A stretch of DNA of 64,000 nt. Origin: Bdellovibrionales bacterium. GTDB lineage: Bacteria > Bdellovibrionota > Bdellovibrionia > Bdellovibrionales > UBA1609. Below, piece after piece: positions 1 through 10,296 of the stretch (its first letter is position 1; every line of letters starts with the position of its first letter). A program made the translations under genes and the position numbers. The notes beneath the pieces are model-generated. The model saw nothing but the letters and a program-made list of their open reading frames with translations, had not been told where the DNA came from and searched no databases. Where the stretch lies: positions 32,001 through 96,000 of the forward strand of contig DAHVQG010000010.1 of the NCBI GenBank assembly GCA_027317865.1. Direction: 5' to 3'.

Positions 1-2
1 AC

Positions 3-872
3 GTTTCCACAATTTCGACGGTTGCGCAAAAAGTGAAGCCGATCAAAGAGAAAACCTCAAAAGTTCCTACAACTTCAACGACCGCGGCGAATGCTGCGCC
101 AACTCCAACCGAATATCGTTGGTATGAACCATTGCCGCCGGGGATATATCCAAAGGACGAGCGATATAATATTGCGGATATTTCAATTGCTCCGGGAGTA
201 TTTTACGCTTCTGCCGCTAGCGCCTATTGGTATCGCCGTTACTTCACGAGCAGCCCTTCGGTAGACGCGAATATTGACCTATGGTTTAACCCCAGCTTTG
301 GTTTGAAGTTTAATTACTTCACGTCTCTGGGAGCATCGATTCACGATTCGCCAACAAGCGATCAGTCGGCGCCGGCTACGACTCAAATTTACAATGGGGG
401 GGTGAATTTTCGAAAATATTTTTCACCTTCAAGACGCTCGCCGAGCGTGACCTTTTCGTTGGCGTATAACCAATACAATTTGAACGTGCCAAGTGCTGAT
501 AAAAATAGAATTGATTTAAATACTTCAGGGCCCGATTTTGGGTTTTTACTTAAATACCCGACCTCAGTTTCGCAGGCATGGCTTTTAAGCTCTGACATTA
601 TGCCAAGCCTCACTGAATCGGAGCACACAACCGGAATTTCGGTCTCAAGCGGCGACAGCCCGAGCGCTTACGCTGTTAAGATCGGGTTTGGAAAAGAATT
701 TATGTTAAGCCGGGGCGAACAAGTCTTTTGGAAGTTATCTGAGCGCTACGACAAAGTGATTTACTTGGGCACGGCAAGCCAAGCTGACCCGGCTTCTGGG
801 GGCACTCCCAGCGGAGTGGATGTTTCGACAAGCACGACGATTTTCGAAGTCGGTATCACGTGGGGCGATTAA
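3..872 (+). CDS. Putative outer-membrane beta-barrel protein, 5'-truncated
   Basis: The frame is open back to the window edge. A P/T/A-rich linker is followed by alternating hydrophobic/aromatic beta-strand patterns, ending FEVGITWGD. Confidence 0.55.
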   Translation, partial: VSTISTVAQKVKPIKEKTSKVPTTSTTAANAAPTPTEYRWYEPLPPGIYPKDERYNIADISIAPGVFYASAASAYWYRRYFTSSPSVDANIDLWFNPSFGLKFNYFTSLGASIHDSPTSDQSAPATTQIYNGGVNFRKYFSPSRRSPSVTFSLAYNQYNLNVPSADKNRIDLNTSGPDFGFLLKYPTSVSQAWLLSSDIMPSLTESEHTTGISVSSGDSPSAYAVKIGFGKEFMLSRGEQVFWKLSERYDKVIYLGTASQADPASGGTPSGVDVSTSTTIFEVGITWGD

Positions 873-912
873 ACGCGCCGAATACACAAGACTTAGGCTG
901 TCGATTTAATTT

Positions 913-1593
913 CTAATTTTGGTCTACTTCACTGGGGATCGGCGGTTTTTCGGACTGTTCAAGAAGCTTACGTTCATGCCGCGCAACGAGCACTTTAAAC
1001 CAAACGTAAAGAGCAAAGAGCGCAATGACGGCAACAATAAGATAGCGTTGCATGCGCAATGCAAAATCGAGCGACTGGTCGAGATTGCCGCCAAAAAACC
1101 AGCCGATATAAAGCCAAATCGGGACCATGATAAGTGCCGCGCAGAAATCTAAAGCAAGAAATAAAAGTGGTCTTACACCCATTATTCCTGAAGTTAAATA
1201 AATGGCGGCGCGAAGCCCGGGCAGAAAGCGCGCGGTAAAGCAGATAAACTTTGAATTGCTCAATACCTTTTGACGTGCGATTTGAATACGCGCCTCTGTA
1301 AAAATTGAGCGAAATACGGGCAGCCGAAAAACCCGATAACCAAAAGCCCGACCGAGAAAAAACAAAATCGAGTCGCTGGCTAAAACTCCAAAAATGCAAA
1401 CGCCGATTGCAATTGGCATTTGGATGCTTCTGAGTGCGGCCAATACTCCAGCTGATATAATTGTCAGGTCTTCAGGTATCGGCACTCCGAGACCACAAGA
1501 CACAAGAAAGCCAAAAATCAGGACGTAAGCCCTAAAGCCTGAAAATCCAGACAAGAAAGTTATGAGTTTAATGGTGAATTTGGAGTGTTTCAC
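913..1593 (-). CDS. DedA family membrane protein
   Basis: GLGVPIPED, DSILFFLGRAFG and ARFLPGLR motifs. Confidence 0.92.
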   Translation of the reverse strand: MKHSKFTIKLITFLSGFSGFRAYVLIFGFLVSCGLGVPIPEDLTIISAGVLAALRSIQMPIAIGVCIFGVLASDSILFFLGRAFGYRVFRLPVFRSIFTEARIQIARQKVLSNSKFICFTARFLPGLRAAIYLTSGIMGVRPLLFLALDFCAALIMVPIWLYIGWFFGGNLDQSLDFALRMQRYLIVAVIALFALYVWFKVLVARHERKLLEQSEKPPIPSEVDQN

Positions 1594-1621
1594 AATAGGG
1601 GCTCAGAGTATAATAGTTAGC

Positions 1622-2026
1622 ATGGGTTTCAAACTCGTTATAGTTGATGATGCGGCGTTTATCCGCGAGGCGATGAAATCGTTGTTGCAAGATACTGATT
1701 TTGAGTGCGTTGGCGAAGCCGCAGATGGCGAGCAGGCGCTAGAAGTAATCGATCAGTGTAAACCCGACGTGGTGATTTTAGATTTAATTCTCCCCAAAAA
1801 AAACGGAATCGAAGTTGCCGCCGAGCTTTTAAAGCGAAAATCACCGGCGCAAATTATTGCGTGTTCGACCGAGGGGCAAGAGGGATTAATGATCCAAGCC
1901 ATCGATGTGGGTTGCCACAATTTTTTAACTAAGCCATTTACCGCAGACACTCTCAAAAGAGTGCTTCGCGCAGCGGCCGTGAAACCGGAAAAACCAATGA
2001 AGGAGGGGTCTAATGGAGGCATTTAG
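1622..2026 (+). CDS. Single-domain CheY-like response regulator
   Basis: LVIVDD, PDVVILDL (phospho-Asp) and LTKPF motifs; start moved to ATG 1622. Confidence 0.9.
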   Translation: MGFKLVIVDDAAFIREAMKSLLQDTDFECVGEAADGEQALEVIDQCKPDVVILDLILPKKNGIEVAAELLKRKSPAQIIACSTEGQEGLMIQAIDVGCHNFLTKPFTADTLKRVLRAAAVKPEKPMKEGSNGGI

Positions 2027-2300
2027 CTTCGTCATAAAGACAACAATTTTAACTATTATTGTGGTTTTACTTTTACAGATAAAATGGGGACATCGGACAC
2101 TTGAACATTATGCGATGCAAGCCCTGACTTCTTCAGAAGTTGTGCAGCCGCTTAATCAAACAGCTCATGGAGCAGTGATTTTCGCTCGCTCCGCCTGGGA
2201 CCGATTTATTCTTTCATTTCACAACGAACCAGGATTTCGGCGTATATTGCCGTCTGAATTCACCCACCGCTCGCATGCGGCGCAGTCCAGAGAAAACTAG
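2013..2300 (+). CDS. Small membrane-anchored hypothetical protein
   Basis: Strong RBS (AGGAGG), N-terminal hydrophobic helix, overlaps the regulator stop. Confidence 0.7.
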   Translation: MEAFSFVIKTTILTIIVVLLLQIKWGHRTLEHYAMQALTSSEVVQPLNQTAHGAVIFARSAWDRFILSFHNEPGFRRILPSEFTHRSHAAQSREN

Positions 2301-2365
2301 AGAACCTCTCGAACATGATGTCGATTGATTTGAGACCGGCCCTGTGTACGGCGAAATTTGGGCAG

Positions 2366-2515
2366 TTACTGTGCGCTGCCGCCAGTGGCACCCGATACGA
2401 CGGTGGTTACAGCGTTGGGGTTTGATTGGCTATATAATTGTCGTGAACTGCAGGCGAATGCCTGAGCAGCAGAAAGCCCTAGCAATAAAATGATGGCAAT
2501 GGTTAGAGTCTTCAT
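2366..2515 (-). CDS. 49-aa secreted peptide, not in the ORF track (MKTLTIAIILLLGLSAAQAFACSSRQLYSQSNPNAVTTVVSGATGGSAQ)
   Basis: ATG 2515, RBS AAGGGAG 8 nt upstream, classical signal peptide, TAA stop at 2366-2368. Confidence 0.75.
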   Translation of the reverse strand: MKTLTIAIILLLGLSAAQAFACSSRQLYSQSNPNAVTTVVSGATGGSAQ

Positions 2516-2544
2516 GTTCGTTTCTCCCTTTAAAGTACCTAGAA

Positions 2545-2561
2545 TGCGAAGCGTATGCCAA
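2545..2561 (-). promoter_or_regulatory. Putative sigma54 (-24/-12) promoter for the 49-aa peptide gene
   Basis: TTGGCATACGCTTCGCA has GG-N10-GC spacing and lies just upstream of the RBS. Confidence 0.55.
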
Positions 2562-2585
2562 ACAAGCCCATGTGATTTTCAATAG

Positions 2586-2870
2586 TTATCGGCTTTGGGC
2601 CTGGCGGTCTTTAGCTAAACTTTTGACAGGTGTCGAACGAAAATCGTCGCTTAAGTACTCGCGCGCAAGCTCGGCCGTCGGGATGTTTGTCTGTTTAAAC
2701 AAACTCAAATTTGAAGCTGAGTTCGAAGGACTGATTTGAGCCGTTGTGATGGTGGCCTCAGGGGCAATTTTCTTTGTCTCATTTTGAGACACAAGGCCGG
2801 CAAAACTAACGCCGGTGATCCCGGCTACGACAAGATTAGCGAGAATATTGTTCAACATTTTGCGCGACAT
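2586..2870 (-). CDS. 94-aa hypothetical protein with N-terminal hydrophobic segment (hit-locus position)
   Basis: RBS AAGGGAGG before ATG 2870; signal/TM-like N-terminus and polar body; directly downstream of the RHS gene. Confidence 0.65.
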   Translation of the reverse strand: MSRKMLNNILANLVVAGITGVSFAGLVSQNETKKIAPEATITTAQISPSNSASNLSLFKQTNIPTAELAREYLSDDFRSTPVKSLAKDRQAQSR

Positions 2871-2902
2871 GGGGTCCCTCCCTTTATTACTCAAGCACAA
2901 CG

Positions 2903-4633
2903 TCAGATATTTGTGATATCGGCGGTGGCGGGCGAGATGAGATCCACAAGATTGCTAAAGACGTTTGCGACTTGCAACTCAGTCACCAGATTTTCGTGTT
3001 TCACTGCCGCCATTCGATTAATCGAACCATTACTGTTGTAGGTAAATCGAATGGCGCCGAGACCGGGGCGGATAATCAATGATGGCTTACCAAATTGGTC
3101 GTTATATTTTATCAACACAAGGCGCTTGGCCTGATCTTCTATGGAGCTGATCCGGCCCATGTAATCGTAGCCGATTTTTGCAAATTGCCCGTCTGAATTT
3201 TTCACAACAGTTAGATTGCAGCGAGGAGCATTATAAAAAAACTGCGTGGTGATGGTTTTGACGTGATACCGTCCGCTACTGGGCTCTCGCTCATTAAATC
3301 TCGCAACCGTTTCAGACAACTTATGGCAACTGTTATCGTAAGAATAGACCTGAGAAAAATTACCCGAGGACTTTGATTTGAGATTACCGTCCGGATAATA
3401 AGCAAAGCGTGTGACTTGATTGTTATGCCGGATTTCGATGGGGCTGCCAAATAGAGGATGGTAAAGTGTTTCAGTCGTGTCAGTTTTAGCGATTGTTCTA
3501 ACAAAATGCCTTCCGTGCTCGATCACGGGCACGCGGATAAACCTGTGCACAACGGCGAGGGTTTTGGCCAAATAAAGGCCCTTTTTTGAATTTCTGTACC
3601 AAAAAGAGAAGTAACTCTTGTTTGTAACAAGATTATGGCAAGTTTTAACAACGCTTGAACTGTAGTGATTTACATCGCGTGGATTAGCGTCGTAGGCGTA
3701 CCGCTCCAGGCAGCCGTGACGATCGCGGTAACTGGTAATCCAGTCTCTGGCGTTATTGTACGTCATGGCTTCAAATGTTCGATCCGGAAAGAGTACGTGA
3801 GTCATGTTTTCATATTTATTGTAGGCATATCTGTATGTTTTATGTTTGGCATTGTTTACGGCGACGAGGTCTTCGCCCCGGTAATAATAGTGACTACTCA
3901 TCCCATCCGGTCCGGTTACAAAACTCACATAATGAGTGTGCGGCCAATAGTGAAATTGAAGCGATTTTCCGGTGTTGTCGAATACACTGACAATCAGGCC
4001 GTTACGGCGGTTGATTCGCAAATAATTGCCGTCGCGATCACCCATTCGGATCAAATGTCCATTGCGGTCAAAAATTTGCGTCGACCCGTTGGCAAAGGTT
4101 CGAACGTAGTCGTTGCCGTTAAACACGATCGTGTCGTCGGCCCGGCCTTCGGCAAAATATTTAACGCCTCTATCGACTCTTGCCGGTAAGTGCAGTTGTT
4201 TGGCCATTTCATCGCGCAAATCCGGATCGATGCGCAGTTGTCTTTCGATCGCATTAAAGTAGTCTTGGCTGCGTCCGGGATGTCGCTTTCGAATGGCCGC
4301 CATAATGGCCGTTATACCGGCGTTTGGTTGCTCCGATCGATTATTTAAAAACACGATTTCGTTACCCGAGCCTGTGTGAACTCGAAGAGTATTATCAACA
4401 GTGACCCTAAGGCTTGTTTCAAACTCAGTGCGCCAGCCAAACCCGAACATTCCATTGTGAAGCGACCGGCTGTTGTAGGTGCGCGTGATGCGCAGGCTGT
4501 ATCCGCCCGATGGCGCCACAAGGTCGGTCCACGTTTGCGAAAAGTTGGCGTTTCGCATATCGATGACCGCGTAAGCGGGAACAGTGACAATAATAAACCC
4601 GATGATTAACAAAATATGACGGCAAGACTTCAT
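2903..4633 (-). CDS. Secreted YD/RHS-repeat protein (Bd0109-like)
   Basis: Signal peptide, RTYNSRS..GMFGFGW N-terminal RHS-associated motif, many YD-type repeats (YDYMGRI, YYPDGNL). Confidence 0.85.
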   Translation of the reverse strand: MKSCRHILLIIGFIIVTVPAYAVIDMRNANFSQTWTDLVAPSGGYSLRITRTYNSRSLHNGMFGFGWRTEFETSLRVTVDNTLRVHTGSGNEIVFLNNRSEQPNAGITAIMAAIRKRHPGRSQDYFNAIERQLRIDPDLRDEMAKQLHLPARVDRGVKYFAEGRADDTIVFNGNDYVRTFANGSTQIFDRNGHLIRMGDRDGNYLRINRRNGLIVSVFDNTGKSLQFHYWPHTHYVSFVTGPDGMSSHYYYRGEDLVAVNNAKHKTYRYAYNKYENMTHVLFPDRTFEAMTYNNARDWITSYRDRHGCLERYAYDANPRDVNHYSSSVVKTCHNLVTNKSYFSFWYRNSKKGLYLAKTLAVVHRFIRVPVIEHGRHFVRTIAKTDTTETLYHPLFGSPIEIRHNNQVTRFAYYPDGNLKSKSSGNFSQVYSYDNSCHKLSETVARFNEREPSSGRYHVKTITTQFFYNAPRCNLTVVKNSDGQFAKIGYDYMGRISSIEDQAKRLVLIKYNDQFGKPSLIIRPGLGAIRFTYNSNGSINRMAAVKHENLVTELQVANVFSNLVDLISPATADITNI

Positions 4634-4694
4634 TTGCGCACTCCCTTGCAGCAAATTTCAATTTCATGAAAATCGCACGGAGCACAGGCCCCGC

Positions 4695-5591
4695 TTATAC
4701 TTTAATTGTAACAATTTTTTTCATCATGAGACCACCCATCACTTGCAGACCTATCATAAAGAATAGGGCGAGCCAGCCCAAAGGCCGGGTGAAAAGTGGC
4801 ATAACAAAGCTTGGGTCGCCGATAAAAAACATAATGAGAAGCGCAAACGGTACGCAGGTCACAATGATCGCCTGCATTATGCCCTGCGAAGTCATCGCCT
4901 CTATTCTCCGTTCGATTTTTTGCCTCTCCCGAATGGTCGTGGTTATCGTTGCAAATGTCTCGGCTAAATTACCGCCGGTTTCTTTTAAAATGTTAACCCC
5001 TGAAACGAACATTTGAACATCCGGTCGCGGGATTCGATCGCCGAATTCGTTCAATGCCTCTTCAACCGAGCGGCCCAAACGAATTTGATTTAAAATCAGA
5101 GTAAACTCTTGTGTGATCGGGCCCGACATGTTATCCGTTACGCGCTCCATAGCTTGAGGCACGCTCAATCCGGCCCCGACACTGTTTGCCATAATGGTCA
5201 TGCCGTCGACCATTTGATCGACGATGCGGTTACAGCGTTTCTCCCACATATTGCGAAGTATGATTTTGGGAGTGGACCACCCCGCCATGGCCATAACGGT
5301 GCCGAAAAACAAACCCGCCACAACGTTCGGCCAAAGAGCCAGAAAGAATATAAAGCCAAGGCCAAAACTAATAAGTAAAACTGAGGCGAATAGCTTTTTG
5401 CGATCAGTTTCGACGTACAATTTATCGAGAAGTTCGTAGAGGTCTTCGCGCTGGCCAAGTGTTCGCCGGTGAATGATGTTTAAAAGTTTTTCGCTGTATA
5501 TGTACGAGAGAAAAAAAACAATGGCGCCGACCCATATGATGACCGCGAGTTGATTGCCAAACAGAAGGTGCCAAATTTCATGTGCCATCAT
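4695..5591 (-). CDS. tadB: Flp pilus assembly inner-membrane protein TadB (T2SS-F domain)
   Basis: GLSVPQAM, ETGGNLAE and RRIEAMTSQG motifs; follows tadA. Confidence 0.9.
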   Translation of the reverse strand: MMAHEIWHLLFGNQLAVIIWVGAIVFFLSYIYSEKLLNIIHRRTLGQREDLYELLDKLYVETDRKKLFASVLLISFGLGFIFFLALWPNVVAGLFFGTVMAMAGWSTPKIILRNMWEKRCNRIVDQMVDGMTIMANSVGAGLSVPQAMERVTDNMSGPITQEFTLILNQIRLGRSVEEALNEFGDRIPRPDVQMFVSGVNILKETGGNLAETFATITTTIRERQKIERRIEAMTSQGIMQAIIVTCVPFALLIMFFIGDPSFVMPLFTRPLGWLALFFMIGLQVMGGLMMKKIVTIKV

Positions 5592-7849
5592 GTGCCTCCG
5601 CTTGCCTTTTTAATCGGGTTTGCTTTGGCTACAGGATTTGGCTTAGCTGCCGCGCGGGCGACGGCCCCAGATCCAGCACTTGGCGCCGGTGCATGCGACG
5701 AATTTGTGGTAAATAAGTTTCGGGGAATTTTAATCCCACGATTTTCAAATTTCTCAATAAACGTGGGGATAAGGCCCATCGCTTGAAACTGCCCCATCAC
5801 TCGACGATTTTTGTCAAAGCCTTCTTCTTTAAACCGAAAAATTTCTTGAAGGGTCATGGCTTCGCCGGTCATCCCAACGACTTCGGTAATACTCGAAACT
5901 TTTCTGCTCCCGTCGGAGTAGCGCGAAATCTGAACAATCAAATTGATGGCTGAGCCGATTTGTTCACGTATCGCGCGTGCCGGCAACTCCATTCCCGCCA
6001 TCAAACAAAGGGTTTCAAGCCGTGAAGTGGCTTCACGTGGAGTGTTTGCGTGTACGGTTGTCATCGATCCGTCATGACCGGTATTCATTGCCTGAAGCAT
6101 GTCGAGTGCCGCGCCATCACGGCATTCACCAACGACGATTCGATCAGGGCGCATGCGAAGGGCGTTTCGAACGAGGTCGCGAATGGTAATTTCGCCTGAA
6201 CCCTCCATGTTCGCGGGTCGTGTTTCAAGCCGCACGACATGATCTTGTTTGAGTTGCAACTCTGCTGCGTCTTCGATTGTAACAATGCGCTCAGCAGACG
6301 GAATAAACCCGGACAGCACGTTGAGAAGTGTTGTTTTACCGGTGCCAGTTCCACCAGAAATGATAATGTTCAAGCCTTCTTCAACGCAGACCTTTAAAAA
6401 ATCCGCCATAGGTTGCGTAAGTGACAAGTACCGGCCTACATAGTCTTCCATTGTTATGCGCTCGGCGGGGAATTTTCGAATGGTGAGGGCGGGTCCGTCG
6501 ATCGCAAGCGGTTCAATAATGGCGTTCACGCGGCTGCCGTCTTGTAAGCGGGCATCACAATAAGGAGTTTTTTCGTCAATGCGACGGCCAAGCGGGCTCA
6601 CAATTCTTTCAATGACGTTTCGTAGTTGCAGATTTGAGGTAAATGTTATGGGTGAGAGCTGTAGCCGCCCGCTTTTTTCAATGTAAATGCGATCCGAACC
6701 GTTGACCATAATTTCTGTCACAGTGGGGTCGGCTAATAACTCCTCAAGTGGCCCAAGCCCAAGAGCTTCATCAAGAACTTGTTTGATCACAGCGGCACGA
6801 TCTTCTCGGGTAAGAGACCCCCCAATGCGATCGACAATTTGCGAGATTGCCTTTTGTGTTTTGGTGCGAAGTTCCTTTTCTTTAACCGGATCGCCTTGCG
6901 TGCCACTGAGATCTTTTTTGAGATCCATTTCGCGAATGAGTGTGGAATGAACTTGTAGTTTCAGATGAATGAGTGGCGACAGCTCCCGCTGCTTCGATTT
7001 GATTTTGGTCTCACGCGAAACATCGCGCAGTTCAAGGAGATTTGTTGTTGAGCCGGGTCCTGGTTGCAAGCTTTTTGGTTTAGACAATGTTTTAAGTTTT
7101 TGAAGAATGCCACCGGTAAGGCGGCGAACTAAATCGAAGTATGCCTGCGCCAGCGGAGTTTGGGGCGCCGATAGCACAAAAGGCGTGGAGCGTTGAACAG
7201 ACGCATAAGCTGTAATTTCGTCTTGCGGCACGAGCGCCAGCACGGGCCGGCCGAGCGTTTGTGAAATAAGTCGTGGGTCTAATCCGGTTCGGCCAACATT
7301 ATTGACGACCAGTTGGAAAAACTCCTGCGGAACTGTTCTTGCGACTAAATCCTGCATCAACCTTTTAGTCTGATTCACCGCGAGCACTTCGGGGGTCGTA
7401 AGCGTCATAATGACGTTACCTTCTTCGAGTGCGGCGGTTTGCAAATCGTTAATTTCGTTGCCGCAGTCAGCGACGATAAAATTATAATACTGGCTTACAG
7501 TTGAAATCTGCTTTTTAAAAAGTCCAATCGGAGCGGCAAGCGACTGATCACTTGAAGTTACGGCGCCAATGTAGTGAAGGCCGGACGGATGCGCGGTGAT
7601 TAAACTCTCAAGTGATTGCGCTGTAATAACGCCCGTGTAATTTGTAAACTCGGCGACCGTTTTTTTCGGTCGAAGGCCGGTGATAATATTTTGATCGCCG
7701 CAAGAACGCGCGTCCAAATCAATTAGCAAAACTTTGGCGCGCAATTCGCTCATGAGGGCAAAAGCCAAGTTTGCCGCAAATACACTTTTACCAACGCCGC
7801 CTTTGCCGCCGATAACTGTTATAAAGTGGCAGTTGGCATGAATAGACAT
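5588..7849 (-). CDS. tadA: CpaE/TadZ (MinD/ParA-like) fused to TadA/CpaF assembly ATPase
   Basis: N-terminal [10 protein letters not shown]-terminal [22 protein letters not shown] and AMNTGHDGS. Confidence 0.92.
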   Translation of the reverse strand: MSIHANCHFITVIGGKGGVGKSVFAANLAFALMSELRAKVLLIDLDARSCGDQNIITGLRPKKTVAEFTNYTGVITAQSLESLITAHPSGLHYIGAVTSSDQSLAAPIGLFKKQISTVSQYYNFIVADCGNEINDLQTAALEEGNVIMTLTTPEVLAVNQTKRLMQDLVARTVPQEFFQLVVNNVGRTGLDPRLISQTLGRPVLALVPQDEITAYASVQRSTPFVLSAPQTPLAQAYFDLVRRLTGGILQKLKTLSKPKSLQPGPGSTTNLLELRDVSRETKIKSKQRELSPLIHLKLQVHSTLIREMDLKKDLSGTQGDPVKEKELRTKTQKAISQIVDRIGGSLTREDRAAVIKQVLDEALGLGPLEELLADPTVTEIMVNGSDRIYIEKSGRLQLSPITFTSNLQLRNVIERIVSPLGRRIDEKTPYCDARLQDGSRVNAIIEPLAIDGPALTIRKFPAERITMEDYVGRYLSLTQPMADFLKVCVEEGLNIIISGGTGTGKTTLLNVLSGFIPSAERIVTIEDAAELQLKQDHVVRLETRPANMEGSGEITIRDLVRNALRMRPDRIVVGECRDGAALDMLQAMNTGHDGSMTTVHANTPREATSRLETLCLMAGMELPARAIREQIGSAINLIVQISRYSDGSRKVSSITEVVGMTGEAMTLQEIFRFKEEGFDKNRRVMGQFQAMGLIPTFIEKFENRGIKIPRNLFTTNSSHAPAPSAGSGAVARAAAKPNPVAKANPIKKASGGT

Positions 7850-7859
7850 AGCAAATCAC

Positions 7860-9344
7860 TCACTCTCGAAGTTGAAATCTGTGAATAATGCGCCGGCTAC
7901 CTGAGCTGGCCGACGATTTAATAACAGGTGTTACAAACACGACAAATTGACTTTGGTTACTATTAAAATCTTTCGACGCATATAACGACAAAATTGGGTT
8001 GGGATCCGCCCCCGCCGGCTCCCGGTTAAAGGCGGTGTTATTGGTCGACCTAACGAGGCCACCAATTGCGGCGCTTTGTCCGCTTTGCACAACGACTTCG
8101 GTGTTAACCGTGTCTGTTGAAAACATCGGGCCAGCTTGGGTGTTACTGATTAGGTTAGATACCGTAAACTGGAGATTGAGTTCAACGCTATCGGATTCCG
8201 CGCCGATTATTTTAGGAGTGACCTTGGTCGTAATCCCAATTTTCGCAAAATTTGTCGACTGCAGTGCTCCGCCAGTTCCTGTTGTCACGGATTGATAGGG
8301 AACATTTGTCACATCGTTTATTTCACCCTGCTTGCCATCCTCCACGATCATGCTCGTGCTTTCTAAATCTCGCGCATGACCGTGTTCTTTAGCCCAATTT
8401 AGTTTAGGTATAAGATTTGTGATTGTTCCTGTGATGACAGAAGTGAGGCCGGGTGTAGTTGTGCCAGAACTCGTCGGCTGACCTGTCGTGAAGTTAATTG
8501 CACTGTTTTGGCCGAGATCAGGAGTCCATTGAAAGCGAAAACCTTTTGTGTAATCCTTTTGTAATTCCACATAGTGTACAATAACTTGAATAGTTTTTCC
8601 GGGCTGCGCGGGAGGCGGTTTGGCAACAGTGATTAAATCTATAACAACTTGGCTTACGCGTTTTTGCACCTTTTTATCCGCGACCGCTTGGTCGACCACA
8701 ACATCGGGCACGTAGGTTTTTGCTAATATGACGGCGCGGTCCTTTTCTTTTTGGCTTTGTGCCACACCCGTTAAGAGATACTTGCCGTTGACAGCTTTAA
8801 CGTGAATTTGCGGATCGTTGATTGCGCGTTCAATAAACTGTGCAATTTTCACTTGCGCCTCGGGGCTAAGACGCGCAAGAGACGCCGCAAGTCCGGGGAA
8901 CTGTCTGACGACGTCGTGGATTCGCTCCATATCCGAGGGCAAAAGTATTTCGCCGTCGACGACGACTTTATGGTTCACGATTTCGATTTTCACGCCGTCA
9001 ATTTCACGCAGCAGGTATTTAATTTGGCGTGCGACGTCTTGCAAATTGGTGCGCCGGACATCGACGGTAAAACGGTAAACCGGGAGATTGTTGTACGTAT
9101 TAAAAATTTCAAGCGTGCCAAATCCAGGATATTTAGGGATAATCCTAAGTGTTTTAGTTGTACGATTGTATTCAAGTCGCACATAACGGCCAAAGGTTCC
9201 AGCAAGTCTGAAATGTAGTGGCATGTCGGGCAGAAATTCGTCGTGGATCAGACCGACTGACAGCGGAATATTTCGAACATGGGCAAAACACACCGATGAC
9301 GCAACAGTGATTGTAAATGCGATCAACAGCCATTTTTTTAACAT
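7860..9344 (-). CDS. cpaC: Tad secretin RcpA/CpaC with BON-like domains
   Basis: Signal peptide, BON-like segments, C-terminal secretin motifs SGQSAAIGGL and VVFVTP. Confidence 0.82.
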   Translation of the reverse strand: MLKKWLLIAFTITVASSVCFAHVRNIPLSVGLIHDEFLPDMPLHFRLAGTFGRYVRLEYNRTTKTLRIIPKYPGFGTLEIFNTYNNLPVYRFTVDVRRTNLQDVARQIKYLLREIDGVKIEIVNHKVVVDGEILLPSDMERIHDVVRQFPGLAASLARLSPEAQVKIAQFIERAINDPQIHVKAVNGKYLLTGVAQSQKEKDRAVILAKTYVPDVVVDQAVADKKVQKRVSQVVIDLITVAKPPPAQPGKTIQVIVHYVELQKDYTKGFRFQWTPDLGQNSAINFTTGQPTSSGTTTPGLTSVITGTITNLIPKLNWAKEHGHARDLESTSMIVEDGKQGEINDVTNVPYQSVTTGTGGALQSTNFAKIGITTKVTPKIIGAESDSVELNLQFTVSNLISNTQAGPMFSTDTVNTEVVVQSGQSAAIGGLVRSTNNTAFNREPAGADPNPILSLYASKDFNSNQSQFVVFVTPVIKSSASSGSRRIIHRFQLRE

Positions 9345-9371
9345 CGCAAAAATCCTCCCTACGTCGACGCC

Positions 9372-10280
9372 TTAATTGACGTTGACAAACCCGCCCCGGC
9401 GATAGACCCGTCGCACTGGACGCACGATTCGCGGTTGCACCGGTCTTGGCATTGGTACTGAAGCTGGCGTACGTACGTTGTTAGGTACGAGGCTTGGGTT
9501 CACACGGTCTAAAACCGTATTGAGATCGGAATCGGTCAAAATGGCTTCGGTGTTATCCGTCGGATGCCGGAGCGTTATAAAAAGCGAACCTGGGGAAGTG
9601 GCCAAAATATAGATCAAATTTTGCGCCTGCTGAGGCGATACCTCGACGGTGATAGTGCTGTATTTAGTATCGCCTTGAATATTTTTAATAAATGCTTCGT
9701 TGCCGACGTCTTCTAATAAGCGCGGCAATTGATTGATAATGCGAAGACCCGTGGCAAGTACCGGTACGTTTTGCATGATCGTGCGGACAACTTTGTGCGC
9801 CGTCGGTCCGCTGCCGACGTTAACAGCCGCGACGAGATCAATGTGATCGCCAGGTTTGATAAGTTTTGAAACTCCGTGAACCGAGTCAATTGGTATGGCC
9901 ACGGCCCTCTTGCCGGGAGTTACTTGTAAAGAAAGGCCGGTGATCGGGCCGGGCTCCATAATTTTATTTCGCAAAATTTGTTCGCCTTTTCGAATGGGCG
10001 CAAGCGCCACCATCCCAACGGCGCCATTGGGCTGCGAAAGAGCACCGGGCTGTATGTAATCAACGGGTATTGATTTGATAGCGAGCATGGTGGCATCAAT
10101 TGTTTGCATCTCGTTTATGTTTTTTGTCGCCACAACGACGGTGCGGCTTGCCGCAAATTTTTGCGCCATTTCGCTCGTGCGTTCATTCGTGTAGCTATAT
10201 AGCAGAAAAACGGCAAAAAGAGCCGCTCCGATTGATACCCAAAGTGTGCGTGTCTCATTGTGATTCATATAAAAAATCAC
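9372..10280 (-). CDS. cpaB: Flp pilus assembly protein CpaB/RcpC
   Basis: N-terminal TM, SAF domain (VVVATKNI), PGKRAVAIP and IKPGDHIDL. Confidence 0.9.
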   Translation of the reverse strand: MIFYMNHNETRTLWVSIGAALFAVFLLYSYTNERTSEMAQKFAASRTVVVATKNINEMQTIDATMLAIKSIPVDYIQPGALSQPNGAVGMVALAPIRKGEQILRNKIMEPGPITGLSLQVTPGKRAVAIPIDSVHGVSKLIKPGDHIDLVAAVNVGSGPTAHKVVRTIMQNVPVLATGLRIINQLPRLLEDVGNEAFIKNIQGDTKYSTITVEVSPQQAQNLIYILATSPGSLFITLRHPTDNTEAILTDSDLNTVLDRVNPSLVPNNVRTPASVPMPRPVQPRIVRPVRRVYRRGGFVNVN

Positions 10281-10296
10281 TCCCGCCTAAGCCGCG

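Noticed and set aside
2903-4633. RHS polymorphic toxin-immunity pair
   Set aside because: No RHS core cleavage motif or toxin domain; the Tad-linked context fits a Bd0109-type protein.
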